Part shown: one piece after another, positions 47,408 to 61,787 of the stretch
Numbering within the stretch: the first letter of the stretch is position 1
Layout of the letters: each line of letters begins with the position of its first letter
Assembly: GCA_051530055.1 (NCBI GenBank)
Contig: CM121341.1
Coordinates: forward strand, 5,558,784 to 5,622,783
DNA length: 64,000 bases
DNA from: Neoechinorhynchus agilis
Lineage: Eukaryota > Animalia > Acanthocephala
Reading direction: 5' to 3'
Made by a program: the position numbers and the translations under genes
Notes under the pieces: generated by a model
Database searches by the model: none
Told to the model about the DNA's origin: nothing
Seen by the model: only the letters and a program-made list of their open reading frames with translations

Positions 47408-50400
47408 TTTGTCGATAAAATGAGACCATGAAACTCATCCGCTCCCAATCAAAATTCCCACTTATTTTCTCGTTTTTTACACACAAATCGTTTTTATGGC
47501 TTGTCGATAAAATGAGACAATGAAACGTGTTCGCCCCAACTCAAAATTTGCACTTATTTTCGGTTTTTAGTTTTTATACCCAAATCGTTTTTCTTGAACA
47601 TCCATAAAATGAGACCATGAAACTTATCCGCTCCAAATCCGAGTTTTTATACACAAATCGTTTTTATTGCTTGTCGATAGAATGAGACCATGAAACTTAT
47701 CCGCTCCAAATCAAAATTGGCACTTATTTTCGAGTTTTTATACACAAATCGTTTTTATTGCTTGTCGATAGAATGAGACCATGAAACTTATCCGCTCCAA
47801 CTCAAAATTGGCACTTATTTTCGAGTTTTTATACACAAATCGTTTTTCTTGCTTGTCGATAGAATGAGACCATGAAACTTATCCGCTCCAACTCCAAATT
47901 GCCACTTATTTTCGAGTTTTTATACACAAATCGTTTTTCTTGCTTGTCGATAAAATGAGACCATGAAACTTATCCGCTCCAAATCAAAATTGGCACTTAT
48001 TTTCGCGTTTTTATACACAAATCGTTTTTCTTGCTTGTCGATAAAATGAGACCATGAAACTTATCCGCTCCAAATCAAAATTGGCACTTATTTTCGCGTT
48101 TTTAGGCACCAATCGTTTTTCTTGCTTGTCGATAAAATGAGACAATGAAACTTGTTCGCCCCAACTCAAAATTTGCACTTATTTTCGAGTTTTTATACAC
48201 AAATCGTCTTTGTTGCCTGTCGATAGAATGAGACAATGAAACTTATCTGCTCCAAATTCGAGTTTTTATACACTAATCGTTTTTGTTGCCTGTCGATAGA
48301 ATGAGACCATGAAACTTGTCCGCCCGAAATCCAAATTCACTTATTTTCGTTTTTACACAAATCGTTTTTGTTGCTTGTCGATAGAATGAGACCATGAAAC
48401 TTGTTTTTACACAATGTTTTTTTGAATCAGCTCCAAATCAAAATTGGCACTTATTTTCGCGTTTTTATACACAAATCGTTTTTCTTGCTTGTCGATAGAA
48501 TGAGACCATGAAACTTATCCGCTCCAAATTCGAGTTTTTATACACAAATCGTTTTTGTTGCCTGTCGATAGTATGAGACCATGAAACTGATCCGCTCAAA
48601 CTCCAAATTCCCACTTATTTTCTCGTTTTTATACACAAATGGTTTTTCTTGCTCCGTAAAATGAGACCATGGAATTTCCCAAATCCGAGTTTTTATACCC
48701 AAATCGTTTTTCTTGCTTGTCGATAAAATGAGACCATGAAACTTATCCGCTCAAATCAAAATTTGCACTTATTTTCGAGTTTTTATACACAAATCGTTTT
48801 TCTTGCTTGTCGATAGAATGAGACAATGAAACTTATCCGCTCAAACTCCAAATTCCACTTATTTTCTCGTTTTTACAAATCGTTTTTCTGTCGTATGAGA
48901 CTGAACTTCACTTATTTTCGCGTTTTTACACAAATCTTTTTCTTGCTTGTCGATAAAATGAGACCATGAAACTTATCCGCTCCAAATCAAAATTTGCACT
49001 TATTTTCGAGTTTTTATCCAAATCGTTTTTCTTGCTTGTCGATAGAATGAGACCATGAAACTTATCCGCTCAAACTCCAAATTCCCACTTATTTTCTCGT
49101 TTTTATACACAAATCGTTTTTGTTGCTTGTCGATAGAATGAGACAATGAAACTTATCCGCTCAATCCAAATTCCACTTATTTTCCGTTTTTTTATACACA
49201 AATCGTTTTTGTTGCCTGTCGATAGAATGAGACCATGAAACTTGTCCGCCCGAAATCCAAGTTTTTATACACAAATGGTTTTTTTGCTTGTCGATAAAAT
49301 GAGACCATGAAACTCATCAGCTCCAAATCAAAATTGGCACTTATTTTCGCGTTTTTATACACAAATCGTTTTTCATGCTTGTTGATAGAATGAGACCATG
49401 AAACTTATCCGCTCCAAATTCGAGTTTTTATACACAAATCGTTTTGTTGCCTGTCGATAGAATGAGACTGAAACTTATCCGCTCAAACTCCAAATTCCCA
49501 CTTTCGTTTTTATACCCAAATCGTTTTTCTTGCTTGTCGATAGAATGAGACCATGAAACTTATCCGCTCCCAATCAAAATTCGCACTTATTTTCTCGTTT
49601 TTATACACAAATGGTTTTTCTTGAACATCCGTAAAATGAGACCATGGAACTTATCCGCCCCAAATCCGAGTTTTTATACCCAAATCGTTTTTCTTGCTTG
49701 TCGATAGAATGAGACCATGAAACTTATCCGCTCAAACTCCAAATTCCCACTTATTTTCTCGTTTTTATACACAAATCGTTTTTGTTGCTTGTCGATAGTA
49801 TGAGACCATGAAACTGATCCGCTCAAACTCCAAATTCCCACTTATTTTCTCGTTTTTATACACAATGTTTTTTTGTCATGAGACCATGAACTCCATCCGT
49901 TAACCAAATCGTTTTTCTTGCTTGTCGATAAAATGAGACATGAAACTTTGCCAATCAAATTGCACTTATTTTCGGTTTTTATACAAAATCGTTTTTTGCT
50001 GTCGATGAATGAGACCATGAAACTTTCGCTCCAAATTCGAGTTTTTATACACAAATCGTTTTTGTTGCCTGTCGATAGTATGAGACCATGAAACTGATCC
50101 GCTCATCCAAATTCCCACTTATTTTCTCGTTTTTTATCCAAATCCGAGTTTTTATACCAAATCGTTTTTCTTGCTTGTCGATAGAATGAGACCATGAAAC
50201 TGATCCGCTCATCCAAATTCCCACTTATTTTCTGTTTTTTTACACAAATCGTTTTTGTTGCCTGTCGATAGAATGAGACCATGAAACTTTCCGCCAATCC
50301 GTTTTTAACCAAATGTTTTTTGCTTGTCGATAATGAGACATGAAACTTCGCCAATCAAATTCATTATTTTCGGTTTTTATACCAAATCGTTTTTCTGCTT

Positions 50401-50852
50401 GTGTAGAATGAGACATGAAACTTATCCGCTCCAATCCGGTTTTATACCCAAATCGTTTTCTTGTTGTCGATGAATGAGACCATGAAACTTATCCGCTCCA
50501 AATTCAGTTTTTATACACAAATCGTTTTTGTTGCTTGTCGATAGTATGAGACCATGAAACTGATCCGCTCAAACTCCAAATTCCCACTTATTTTCTCGTT
50601 TTTTTATACCCAAATCGTTTTTGTTGCCTGTCGATAGTATGAGACCATGGAACTTATCCGCCCCAAATCCGAGTTTTTATACCCAAATCGTTTTTCTTGC
50701 TTGTCGATAGAATGAGACCATGAAACTTATCCGCTCCAAATCAAAATTCCCACTTATTTTCTCGTTTTTTGTACACAAATCGTTTTTGTTGCCTGTCGAT
50801 CGACTGAGACCATGAAACTTATCAGCCCCAAATCCGGGTTTTTATACACAAA
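47408..50852. repeat. Satellite, interleaved ~91-bp and ~72-bp monomers, roughly 40 units
   Basis: Repeating TCGTTTTTCTTGCTTGTCGATAGAATGAGACCATGAAACTTATCCGCTCCAAAT(CAAAATTGGCACTTATTTT)CGAGTTTTTATACACAAA; stops interrupt the reading frames. Confidence 0.97.
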
Positions 50853-52612
50853 TCGTGGATTAAGGGCTAAACCCCGCCCTTTTTGGCTGTGCGTTTTCAA
50901 TGATAAACCTTAGAAGATTGTGAATATTTGCCCGGCTGTACCACCTCCGCTTTTTCTCCCTCTAAACGTCTAGACCTGCTATGCACAGAATCCGCAATAT
51001 TTGCCCAGCATTTCGCTTCCCGGTGAGATAAGCTCTACTGACAAGGGAGATGGCGTCAGTCGCCGTTGACCGATTTATTCTTCACACAAACATATATGTC
51101 TTTAATCAGGCGGCAGCTGCTACTGCACTTCCCAATTGGATCTAGTGGCTGTGACTCTAACAGCTAAGCATTTTCAACACCTGAGACGAAATATTGAAAA
51201 CAAAAAGAAGGAGATTCACAAATAAAAGATCAAGTCAGAATTTGAAAAGGTGTAGAAATAGCAGAACAATCGTTTGCTGGACGATGATCAAATTTAGGAA
51301 ACGGAGAAGGAAAAAGTGGAGGGAAGGTTAGTTGCTCGTTTAAAATCAAACCATTTTCTTATTTTGAGATTATAAGTTGGTTTAATTGAAAATGTCTCAT
51401 ATCTTTATGACAAATAGCGAATAAAAAATAATAAATCCTTTATCGCTAACATTTTTTAGAACATTTATTTTTTTAAATTGAATAAGGATTTTTACAATTA
51501 GTTCGTAGGCATTCGCGATAGTGATCATTTTCACTATTTTAACTGATTCTGTTAGTTTATAATTAATGTTGAGCTCGACGTTTACTCATAAATTTAGCTT
51601 TAACTTACTTTTATCGCACTGTTTTCACGGTTATCTACTTAAAAATAAGAAATTAGCGATTGTAGATTTACGTACACTCTTTCCTGGTTGCTTGTTTTCT
51701 CTATATTTTTCTTATTTTTATTATAGTTTACGCCTCTTATAAATGGCATATCTTAAAGAAAATTGTAACTCAAGGATTGAGATCTTAGTATTTTGTCTCG
51801 AGGTTCGCTTATGTAGCTTTTTGCATTAATTTCTGTGATCTGGGAAATATTGTGTTAAAGAAAACTAAAATCATTTCTCGAATTCAAGACGGATTCTGTT
51901 ATTTATTTTCAATTACAACAAAAAACCCATTCACAAGTTCGATGCAGTTGTCACAGCTCTAAACCCCCAAGGAGCGCTACAAGTTGTACATTTGCGTGAT
52001 AATGGACTGTGCTAATTTGTACACTGCCCTATTGCCCTCTTGAGAGAAAAGATCCAGAATTTTATTTCATCAAAGCTTTTAATCGCATACGATGGCTCCC
52101 AAGCAGCCCTGCGTCGAGCCATCGACGCCGTGCTGACCGGGGTGCGCGGAAACACCGGCCTGTTTGAGCGCCTCTTGAGCTCCTACCCGTATCAAGGCCG
52201 TTCTGGAGGCCAATGGCGGCCCAACTGATTATTGAATGTCATAGTGTGATATACCGTTGAATCCGTATTGAAATAAGCTTTCCAATGGTGATAAACACAT
52301 CTTTCTATCTTTACTGTTTTTTTTCTGTGGAGGGGGTTAGTAAGGTTGTGTTCTACTCGTTAGAAGCGTATTGAAATAAGCTTTCAAACCCTGAAAACCG
52401 CATCAGAATATCTGTTATAGTTTTCCTTGAGGGAGTGTTACACCCTGTATAAGGAGTGTTTTCAAAACATTTCATCTTTTTCGATAACTTCTTACTTTTT
52501 TATTACACTTTTAGTCCATGATATTAAAGCAACTGGTGACAATTTGCCATTTCTCGAGTTAATCAACGCTTTAAAAGTGTCCATGTGTGAGAAGGAGGTA
52601 CCGGGGGGAGGG

Positions 52613-52752
52613 TTGTTTAGAAGTCTTTGCCCCTTCTTTAAAGAGACGTCCTGCGAATCTCATCGGGTTCATTATTTTCGATATGTGAGAAAGTACAACA
52701 AATTGATGATTCTCTAATAAACTCTTTAAAGAAGGGGTAAAGACTTCTAAAC
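52613..52752. mobile_element. Diverged foldback family B copy
   Basis: TTGTTTAGAAGTCTTTGCCCTTCTTTAAAGAG...CTCTTTAAAGAAGGGGTAAAGACTTCTAAACAA. Confidence 0.75.
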
Positions 52753-54677
52753 AACACTTCTAATCGACGCTTTAACCTTAGCGGTGTAGGCTAATTTGAG
52801 CCGATTGATTCGCGAGTTTACGCCTATTGAGCTGTATAAATGGGGTTTTCCCACTAAAAAGTTGTTTCAAAAGCGTTTGGGATTGATGCAAAAATGAACA
52901 ATGTCCAAACTTATGACGGTTTGTTGATTTTTCACTGAAAAAAAGATCTTCCATTAAGATGTGAATTTATGTGTTTGACTACCTCCTTTTTTTAAGAATT
53001 ATATGTTCGGAACACCTCTTTTTTGTCAAATTCAAGTTCGGATTCAACACTTTTCGAAAAAAAGAGGCGTGCAAGATTGTGTTTTTTTAAACAAATTCTC
53101 TAATTTTTGATCGCCATAAAACAAGCATATTAGAAGATTGCTCGATGTTAAAGAGCATGTCCTAAAAGGCGTTTTTTCTTCGGTGACTGAGATGCATACT
53201 TTGTAAGTCGGTGGATATTCCTCGTATGTTGTGGTGGTGGTGGTGGCATATAACATTTGTAGTAGTGGTAGACATGAAATGGGTGGTGGGATCTAGTTTA
53301 AGTTCCAGGAAACGAGGTCTTTTTGGATATTTGGCAGACGTTTGGCATCGGCTTCTGTGTTATTGCACTCTTAGTCTTAGAAAAAAGGTTCGACGACTCA
53401 TCCTCTTTTTTGAAATTGAACGTAGACTTGAGTATTTCGGTTGGTTTTTTTAATGAACCATAGGAAACCTTGTCGGTGTTCGTCTAACGCCTGATTTTTG
53501 TTGCTGAACCGAAGGACACCAACACAAACGACGACGACTACATTGTTTCAGAGCGAGCGAGAGATGAACGACGACTGTTCATAGTGTGTGTTTGTGGCGC
53601 AGCACTCAAATCAACTTAAACTGTGTGCGACATCTACACTGATGCTTCGACGATTCATACGGCGAATGCTGCGAAAACACCGTCGAGCTTTGTTGAACAC
53701 AAACGTGAGCATCGGCGGACATGAGGATCAGAAGAAGAAGTGTAAGTGGTTCATGGGGAGGCGTAATCTGTTCAGAACAAAGACGTTGTCTACGTGTGCC
53801 TCGATGACAACCGTCTTGATTTTCTCGCTCTCTCTCTAATGGTGGCTGCGGTATATGGTGGAATTTAACGGTCTCCTCCTCCTCCCCTTTGAAACCTACT
53901 TCGATTTCACAAGGTCACTCGTCTTCTTCATCACTACGAATAATGGGTGCTGTAGCCACCAAAATTATAGTCGCTTCTAAACATGGACTCTCCTCATTCT
54001 TGTCGCCAAAAGCAAAGAGTAAGTTTGTGATCTTTTGACCTTCTCTAATTGAACCGGGGTCACAAACACCTTTTAAAAAACCCATACACGACGATGAGTC
54101 GTCGAACCAAAAATTATTATGTTTTGCTCATCAATCGGTCATTGCTTCTACTTTGCTCTCACAAACAGTGAGTCTCCCCGCTAAAAAAGACACTTAAATA
54201 CAGTTTTGATTCTTTTTTTCGTGTAAAGGAAACGCACTGTCAATGCTAGTTGGTTTATGCTCTTTTAAACAAAAGATACTCCAATTTTCGAGTTAGAACT
54301 TTTGCAACCCAGAGGTAAGGTGGAGATTCTCTATTGTTTAAGTGTGTGTGATCATCCCTCATTCGTGTTCTAAACAGGAGATTCGCCAGAGTGAAGTGGT
54401 CTCAGCCACTCTTAGTCACCATGCGTTACTCATTTCGGTGAAAAATTGCCCGTGCTCGACGACAACATCCACTACCATTTTACTCATTGATTGTGAATAC
54501 TTTTTTAGCAACTCGTGCCACGTTTGCCTTAGACCTTCAGCGCTCATCTTCAACGCTCAACAAACGTCAAAATATTACTTATTCTGATGAAATAAAAGGT
54601 ATCTTCAAATCTTATAAGCCTCGTTTTCGATAAGTGTAATTTCTCAACTTGATCAATTTTTGAAAAACAACAACAAA

Positions 54678-55012
54678 TGTAATCCTAAATGAAGAATAGG
54701 AGAGAGATGGAGAGTACAAGCTGAGTTTGAGCGATCTCTAAGCTTCCTTGGAGAATCAAACATTTCTTTTTGTCTTTTTCGGTCATTTTGCCAAATAAGA
54801 CTAGTAAACGACCACTTTTTTTATTTCACATGTAAACTGTTATACTGTTAAACGGATAAATTTAGTTGCTTGAGATTCTACTGAATTCTAAATGAAGAAT
54901 AAGAGAGAGAAGGAGAGTAGAAGCTGAGTTTGAGCGATCTCTAAGCTCCTCAATACTCAAAATTACCGATGAGACATTTCTTTTTGTCCTTTTCGGTCAT
55001 TTTGCCAAATAA
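54678..55012. repeat. Local direct duplication (~120-130 bp x2)
   Basis: CTAAATGAAGAATA.GAGAGAG...GCTGAGTTTGAGCGATCTCTAAGCT...CGGTCATTTTGCCAAATAAG occurs twice. Confidence 0.85.
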
Positions 55013-55763
55013 GTATTGATTATGTTGTTTAACGATTGTTGAATTCTTCATGTTTATGGCGAGAAAAATTGACTATGTTATCGCACAAACGACATTTAAG
55101 CTATTTTTTAAAATGACTTTTGCCCTCCCGCGAAAAAAAAGGATTTTTTGTCGTTATTTAAAGGGCTATTTTCTGTCTCTCTTGTTCGCTATACAATTTG
55201 TTGACACCCTGTTTTTCCCTCACTCTGATTCGCGGCTTAATGGAGCACACGACGTTTTACAAACATTCCTTCAAAGTAATTATAAAGATCAAATTCGATA
55301 AAACAGTCGACTGTGGTTTTTTTGCAAGACGCGTTTTCGTATTTTCAAACTAAAGAGCCATATTCTACATTAAGAGTGTCTTCAGTACGACATTATGGCT
55401 TACGCGTTGGTTTTGCGCAATGCATCCTTATAGAATCTTCTCTAATGTAGCTCACGGTGCTTGTATTGAATGGAGACTTTTGTTTTCAAACTAAAAAGTT
55501 TAATCTCTTCATTTTGCACTTAGTTTTTGCCAGTGTTTCCAGTCTATTTTGAGACAGGTTCTTATTTTACTGTCTAAGAGCATCCGTTTTCATGTGTCCA
55601 TACACACACACAATAACCGTCGGTCTTTTGTGGTTTAGATTTTATACCATCAAAGTATAGACTTGCAGAGGACCACTAAAATCTATTTCCTTTTTTCTTT
55701 TATGATATCCCGGGCCGAATTTAGATAAAAATGTCGATATGTGAGGAGGTGGAAATTAGAGAA

Positions 55764-55945
55764 TTATTGGGTTTAGAAGTCTTCACACTTGCAATAAATG
55801 ATTGTTTCGATTAAAAAGACGTTCTGCCAATCTCACCGTAGGTTCATCATTTCACTTTGTTTGTTAACTGATCATGAACCCAACGAAGTTCGCAGAACGT
55901 CTTTAATCGAAATAATCATTGGTGTTGACTTCTAAACAATAATTC
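55764..55945. mobile_element. Foldback family B copy
   Basis: GAATTATTGGGTTTAGAAGTC...GACTTCTAAACAATAATTC. Confidence 0.85.
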
Positions 55946-58079
55946 CGAATTTAGATAATTTGACCATCGGATTCTTGTTATTTTCTCATTTCTTTAAAAA
56001 CGCTTATTAGTATTCTTCTTTGATTGTTTCTGGTAAAAGAAGCGACCCAACATTACGATTTTCCTGCGCCTTCCGATATCGCCCGCGCCGATCGATCCAA
56101 ATCTATATTTTAAAAGCTTCTTTTTATCCATTGATGTAGCCGCTCATCCCATAATATTTACTTTGGATTTCTCAATGCTGCAAAAAAGGATTTACGCGGA
56201 CGCCGAAATTTTATTTAGTTGATAAAATCAGCTCGGTTTACATTTGGGGACGTAAATCTCCGCGATATTTCTCGCAATCTAACCGCATAAACTTAAAAAT
56301 CTTTTTTTTGAAAAAAAACACGAACACAGTTGCATCGCAACGTTTAAAATGGCTTTGGATCTCGTAAAAAATTCACTTTTAACTGAACAATAACAACCTG
56401 CGAACGCGTTTAGGATTATAATACTAGTAAGCCCACTAACGATACTGAGGTTTCTTGCCTGCAATGAAGGATATGCGCAAGTACTTATCCGATTTCAGGG
56501 TCGATCCTTATCAGATTGTTGAAGAGACGTCGTTAAGTAGTTTCCGGTAAAATTGACTTTGTTAAACTAGAGCAGTCTTAATATATTATTTAGATTCATC
56601 CTCTTAAATCAAACTCTAGGATCGTCTATATATTTCAGGCTAAATATCTCTTTTTTTTGTTGGTCGGACAAAATAAGTCAGTTTACACAAAAATTAGTCT
56701 TTCTTGGGCTCTGTTGTGACTTGCTATTTCCGACTCCCTTGGGATCCGGCACTCTCAACCGTTTGCATGGCAAACAAATGTAACAACTTCAGTGAGCTCG
56801 CTGTAATGAAAACTGCAACCAAATTTGAGAACGTCTATATTTTACGATCGTCTATGAATATTAATTCGTGCCACACTCCTCATGTTTAATGGATAAGTTT
56901 AAAAACTGTCTAAAACTCATTTCTTTACAGTTTCTAGAGAACTTCTCATAAAAATACGGGTGTTTGGTTAGTTCGATGTCACTGCAACTGATTCGTCTTA
57001 GATAAGCACGTTTGTGCAGATGCATCAGGTTGGAAAATCGCGATTCTAATCACGTCTTAAGGTGACTTTTATAAAAATAATTTTTACTTCCATCGACTCC
57101 GGTTCATACAATTGGTAGCTTAGAAGCCGGTAAAAAGGTTTTCGAATAATTCTGGCTTCAAGTGAGTGTTTATCTTGAGTATGTCCATTGTAGATCTATA
57201 CATGGAGGAATCCGCCGGCCTCAATGTCGACGAGTCGACCTTTGATGACTGTCCTAAAACTCCGAAATTGCGGAAACTGTCAGAAGGTTTGCCTGTCAGA
57301 CCATTTGCATCAAATTTATGGGCGATTAAATCACACTTGGTCCGCTTGTTGTTGATGATGGTGGTGGTGGATAAACTACGAACTAAATGACCCCTCCTAT
57401 TTGTCAAATAATTACGTATTTTCGATCTATTTCATCTGGATGTGATGATCTCACTCTGTCTTAATAATGGAGAAGTGAATTAAACGCCATAGAGACAGAC
57501 GCGGGTGTTCGACATCTTTTTCGGGGAAACAGGAAAAGATTAAATCTTCCGTCTGTCATATTTTGCACCACCACCACCACCACATTAAGGCCCTTGAAGT
57601 TACGTGCTTAACATAAAAGTGGTTCGACATGAACACCTCGGTGTCTTCTTTAAAAAAAACGAAGAAGCACGTTTAGATACTGTTCGTGGGTCATTACGCT
57701 CTCGAAATGTCGCCACGCTCTCTTCGTCCAATCGTCTTAAATGTTGATAGAGCAACTGTTCTACATGCCCGGTGGTGATGATTCGTATTTATGCCAGGAC
57801 GCTGGGTTTTTCCTGCGACACATCCACCGTTGCTTTTTGTGTATTTTCCCTGTTTACCTTTGTTATCGTGGTGGTGGTGGTTCCTTCTAACTCCAATCGC
57901 TTCGCCATTTAGTATCATCTCGACGGTCATCATCATCATCAATCAGCGCCACACAGCCGCCAATCAACGATTCTCGGCGCGATCAACCTGAGGACAAGGT
58001 TCTTCTATACACCACAGACTTTACTACCAATTCAGCATCAACGGCTACAAATCTAGCAGCAGCAGCAGCAGCAGCAGAT

Positions 58080-60401
58080 ATGGACTCATCGACATATTCC
58101 GTTCCGCAACATCTTAATCAACTCATAGCACCGGTGCCCCAACGCGCTGGTTCGTTTTCGAAGCCGGCTTCAGTTGATCGTCGTCTCGGTCATCATCAGC
58201 ACCAACGGAGACGTGTGAACAAGTCCCAACCTAACCTCTTGATGAACCAACCTCCTCCACCACCCTCATCCGTTTCGAACCATGAGTGTTGCAGTGAACG
58301 TAAACAAGCCAGAATGCGGGTTATAAGCTGTCCAAGTGTTCATGTTGTTGATCTTTTCAAGTCTTTACTGTGCGCAGTGCCACGCTCGGATGAAATTTTC
58401 CAGGTATTTATGGCGACTTATTTATCGCGCACCCCCCCCCTCCGATTTTACTAACATCGAAGGCTCTCGCTCAATATGGCGACTCGATCAATGCAACTTC
58501 GATAAAGTTTTTACTCAATGAACGTGATTACGAGGACTGCTCGTTGATACGCAAAGAGTACTCCAAATACCAGGCAAGTCATTTTCTCTTTCTCCTTACG
58601 CAATGTTCCGATATCATCGACTGTTGACCCACTCCTTTAACAGGGATCCGCTCTTTGCGCATACTTTGATAAAGTCCTAACCGAACAACAATGGGAGCAA
58701 ATATTCCTTATCCAAGCAAACAATAACCAGTTCTGTACAAAGAATACTCCGGCCTCTAGTTTTCTGTCACTATTCCACATTTCCGATTTCGTAACGATTG
58801 CAAGTGGCCGAAAAGTTGCTTTTATTGATCCAAGCGAACGCATATCGGACGACGAACGCTCATTTGTCGCTCTTTTCGACCTCGACGACGATTGTGAGGA
58901 GGTACGCATTCTAGCCGATCAATTCAAACCAATCTTTGATGCTCCACTCGTGTCGATGCGTTCGTCGTCCGGTGGCACAATGATCCGCCTTCCTCTAAGA
59001 TGCTGCCAGCACAAACTGGCATCTCGTGTTGGATACACTTATCAATGCCAAAGATGTAATAGACGCGGGCGATCTTCTGATAAGTCATTTCTAACACCAT
59101 CAGTACTCACATCAGAACGAATAATCGAACAAGCTCAAAGATTCGCAGATGAGTTCGCACAACTTACTCTAATGTTCGCACGATCGCTCACATCGATCTC
59201 ATTCTACCGGTCTTCAGATGGACGTATATATCAGCAACTGTTCAGCATGAATCTTGAGTTCCTTAGTGATTTAGAAAAAGATTCAATGCATAAACTCATT
59301 GACGGTGCCATATCAAACTCTGATTATCCAACGGGTTACACAACAACAGTTATGTTCACGAACGAACAGCAGGATTTTACTGACTGTCAACGCTGGGTAT
59401 TGTCTGCGTTAGCCTTAAATGATAATGTTGACCCATATGCCCTTAAAATAGCTTTTCCGTTAGGACTTGAATCGGATTGTCGACTAATTGATCGAAATAG
59501 TTGCATAAAATACCTTCTATCAACTCAAAGTCATCATACATGCGTAAGGTGCTTCAGAATGTGTGAAGATAGGATGTTTGCTATTCACTTGGAGCCTTTA
59601 AATCCATTCCATTTGGTCGAATCATTCTCGAAATCGTCTCTCAGTGAAGCTCTTGAGAGTGTTAAATTCGCCCAGGCTTACTCAATATGTCTGCGACAAC
59701 TCACTTTACGTGCAGATATTGACCTTGATACAATATGGTCACTCATGCCGGCTTTTGATGAGGCCAATGGTTTCGCTTCCACAATCTGGCGAGAACTCGT
59801 ATTACAAGAGCTTTTTTTTAGTCAAACTGACGGATGGGGATTTGTGGCTGTTGATGATATGATTGTGAATCAAGTCGAAGACCGACACACGAACGATATT
59901 TTACAAGAAACAATCACTCATATTCTCGCCGAATCAAATGAACCAGTAGTTCAACCACCTAAACATGTACTAAATGCCTTGTTATCAACCGAACTCGATG
60001 GAACTCGGCGTCCTCTACAGACCGTAACCCCTACACGGATCTCCAACATTCTTCGGACCTGTAATAGCAATGAATCGCTCACGGCTACAAATGGTATTAT
60101 GTTGTCATTGTCACAAAAACAAAAATGTCGAATACTCGAATATTTCCTCGAAGAGGGCGACCCTAATCTCCTTCAAGGTCTTCAATTGCTCCCACTGGCA
60201 TCCGGAGAATTTATTCAATTTTCTGACGCACAACCAGCAGTCTACGTGTGTCAAAAACCATTCGATGAACATCTCTTCAGCCACCTTCGTGATCGTCTTC
60301 TGTCAACCGATATATTATCTCCTGAAATGATAAAATCAATAGCGTCGATGGGTAAGCGCTTGCATGCGTCTGAATGTTACTTTTTCTCCTTCCATGGTTA
60401 A
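58080..60401 (+). CDS. Sacsin-like protein (degenerate SR1/HSP90-like repeat region); probably continues beyond 60348 after a GTAAGC donor
   Basis: Exons 58080-58403, 58463-58573 and 58644 onward (second intron GC-AG) give FQALAQYGDSINATSIKFLLNERDY...YQGSALCAYFDKVLTEQQWEQI...SLFHISDFVTIASG..VAFIDP...DQFKP...GTMIRLPLR, the sacsin repeat pattern. Later LQGLQLLPLASGEFIQF. Confidence 0.75.
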
Positions 60402-61542
60402 AAATGACACAAGGGGGAACCGTTTTTGTCACCGCTCCCAGCACTTACTCTTCCCCGTCGATTCTGCATTTTGTGAGCACGAACGTAATGGGAGCTATCC
60501 TGCGCTAAAGCAACCTGTTACTCTTCCCTTCTGATAAAGGCTGGTAGATCCTAATTTCCACTGTATGCAAGCACAGTCAAATCTTTATTAACTCAAACTC
60601 TTGCTGCTCGGTTAGTAAACATCAAGTATTATTTTAGCTTTCACAGAAAAAAACCCAACAATGTTTGTAGTTATGTTCATAGATGTGGAAACTGTTTACA
60701 TTTTCCATCCAATTAGATTCGTCGCTGTTTGTAATCTCCTTGTTTTTAGTGGCACCTTTTAAACTAAAAATCAACTAACAAAAACCTATATTATCCTCGA
60801 AGGTTTGTTGATTTGTATTTTGTGCTATTCGAAATCAATTTCTGATATACTGTTTTAAATTTTATCGACATTGACCGTGTTTTACTTTACAATTACGAGA
60901 TGATCTGTTTAATTGGAGACACAACACTAATATTCTTTGGAATTTCTCTGATTTTAAATGCTCATCCGTTATAAAATGGTTTTTTGGAAAGATAAGGTTC
61001 GTCCGTTAGAACAGCAACATTGATGGCGACAAATGCACTGGATTATTAGTGCTGCTCGAAATAACAAGTGAAGAAATTTAAGAAAGTGCAAACACCATTT
61101 CGAAATCCTGCGTAGAAAATAACAAGCTAATTTTTAATTTTCCCCAGAACAAAATCCATTTAGCGTACTCAAATTTCTGCGTTACACTGAAAAAAAGAAG
61201 AAGCTACGATGGCATTTATATTAATAGACCACACAACCCATGAAAAATGATGTGAACTTCACATAGACGTAGAAACAACTAACTAATGGAAAAACTATAG
61301 GTTATAAATACACGAATAGCTTTTAAGCACGTTTTATTGGCAAATATCCTCTTGGGACGTTTTAGAAGTTTCCCCGATGTTCTACTAAAAATATTAAGGA
61401 TGATGGTTTCTTTGATCGACTACACAAAAATTCGTTGTTATTAGAGTCATCGAAAGTTTTTATATTGGTTTCTAACATCCCGACGAGACAATCTTGGGAG
61501 TGTCGATATGTGAGGAACTACCGGGGGGCGGAATGTAATTAG

Positions 61543-61787
61543 AGAATTATTGTGTTTAGAAGTCTACATCCGCAATAAATGATTGTTTCGATTAAAAAGA
61601 CGTTCTGCCAATCTCACCGTAGGTTCATAATCAGTTCTAAAATACAAGTGGATGAGTAATTATTCCGCTCTCACATGCGCTTTGTATTTTTTGGAATGAT
61701 GACGAACCTACGGTGAGGTTCGCAGAACGTCTTTTTCGATCGAAATAATCATTTATTGCAAGTGTGAAGACTTCTAACCATAATAAT
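61543..61787. mobile_element. Foldback family B copy
   Basis: GAATTATTGTGTTTAGAAGTC...GACTTCTAACCATAATAATTC. Confidence 0.85.

Noticed and set aside
47408-50852. Repeat-encoded protein on the minus strand
   Set aside because: Stops and indels occur throughout; it is a non-coding satellite.
52040-52228. Short GC-rich ORF
   Set aside because: 62 aa, non-ATG start and no recognisable motif.
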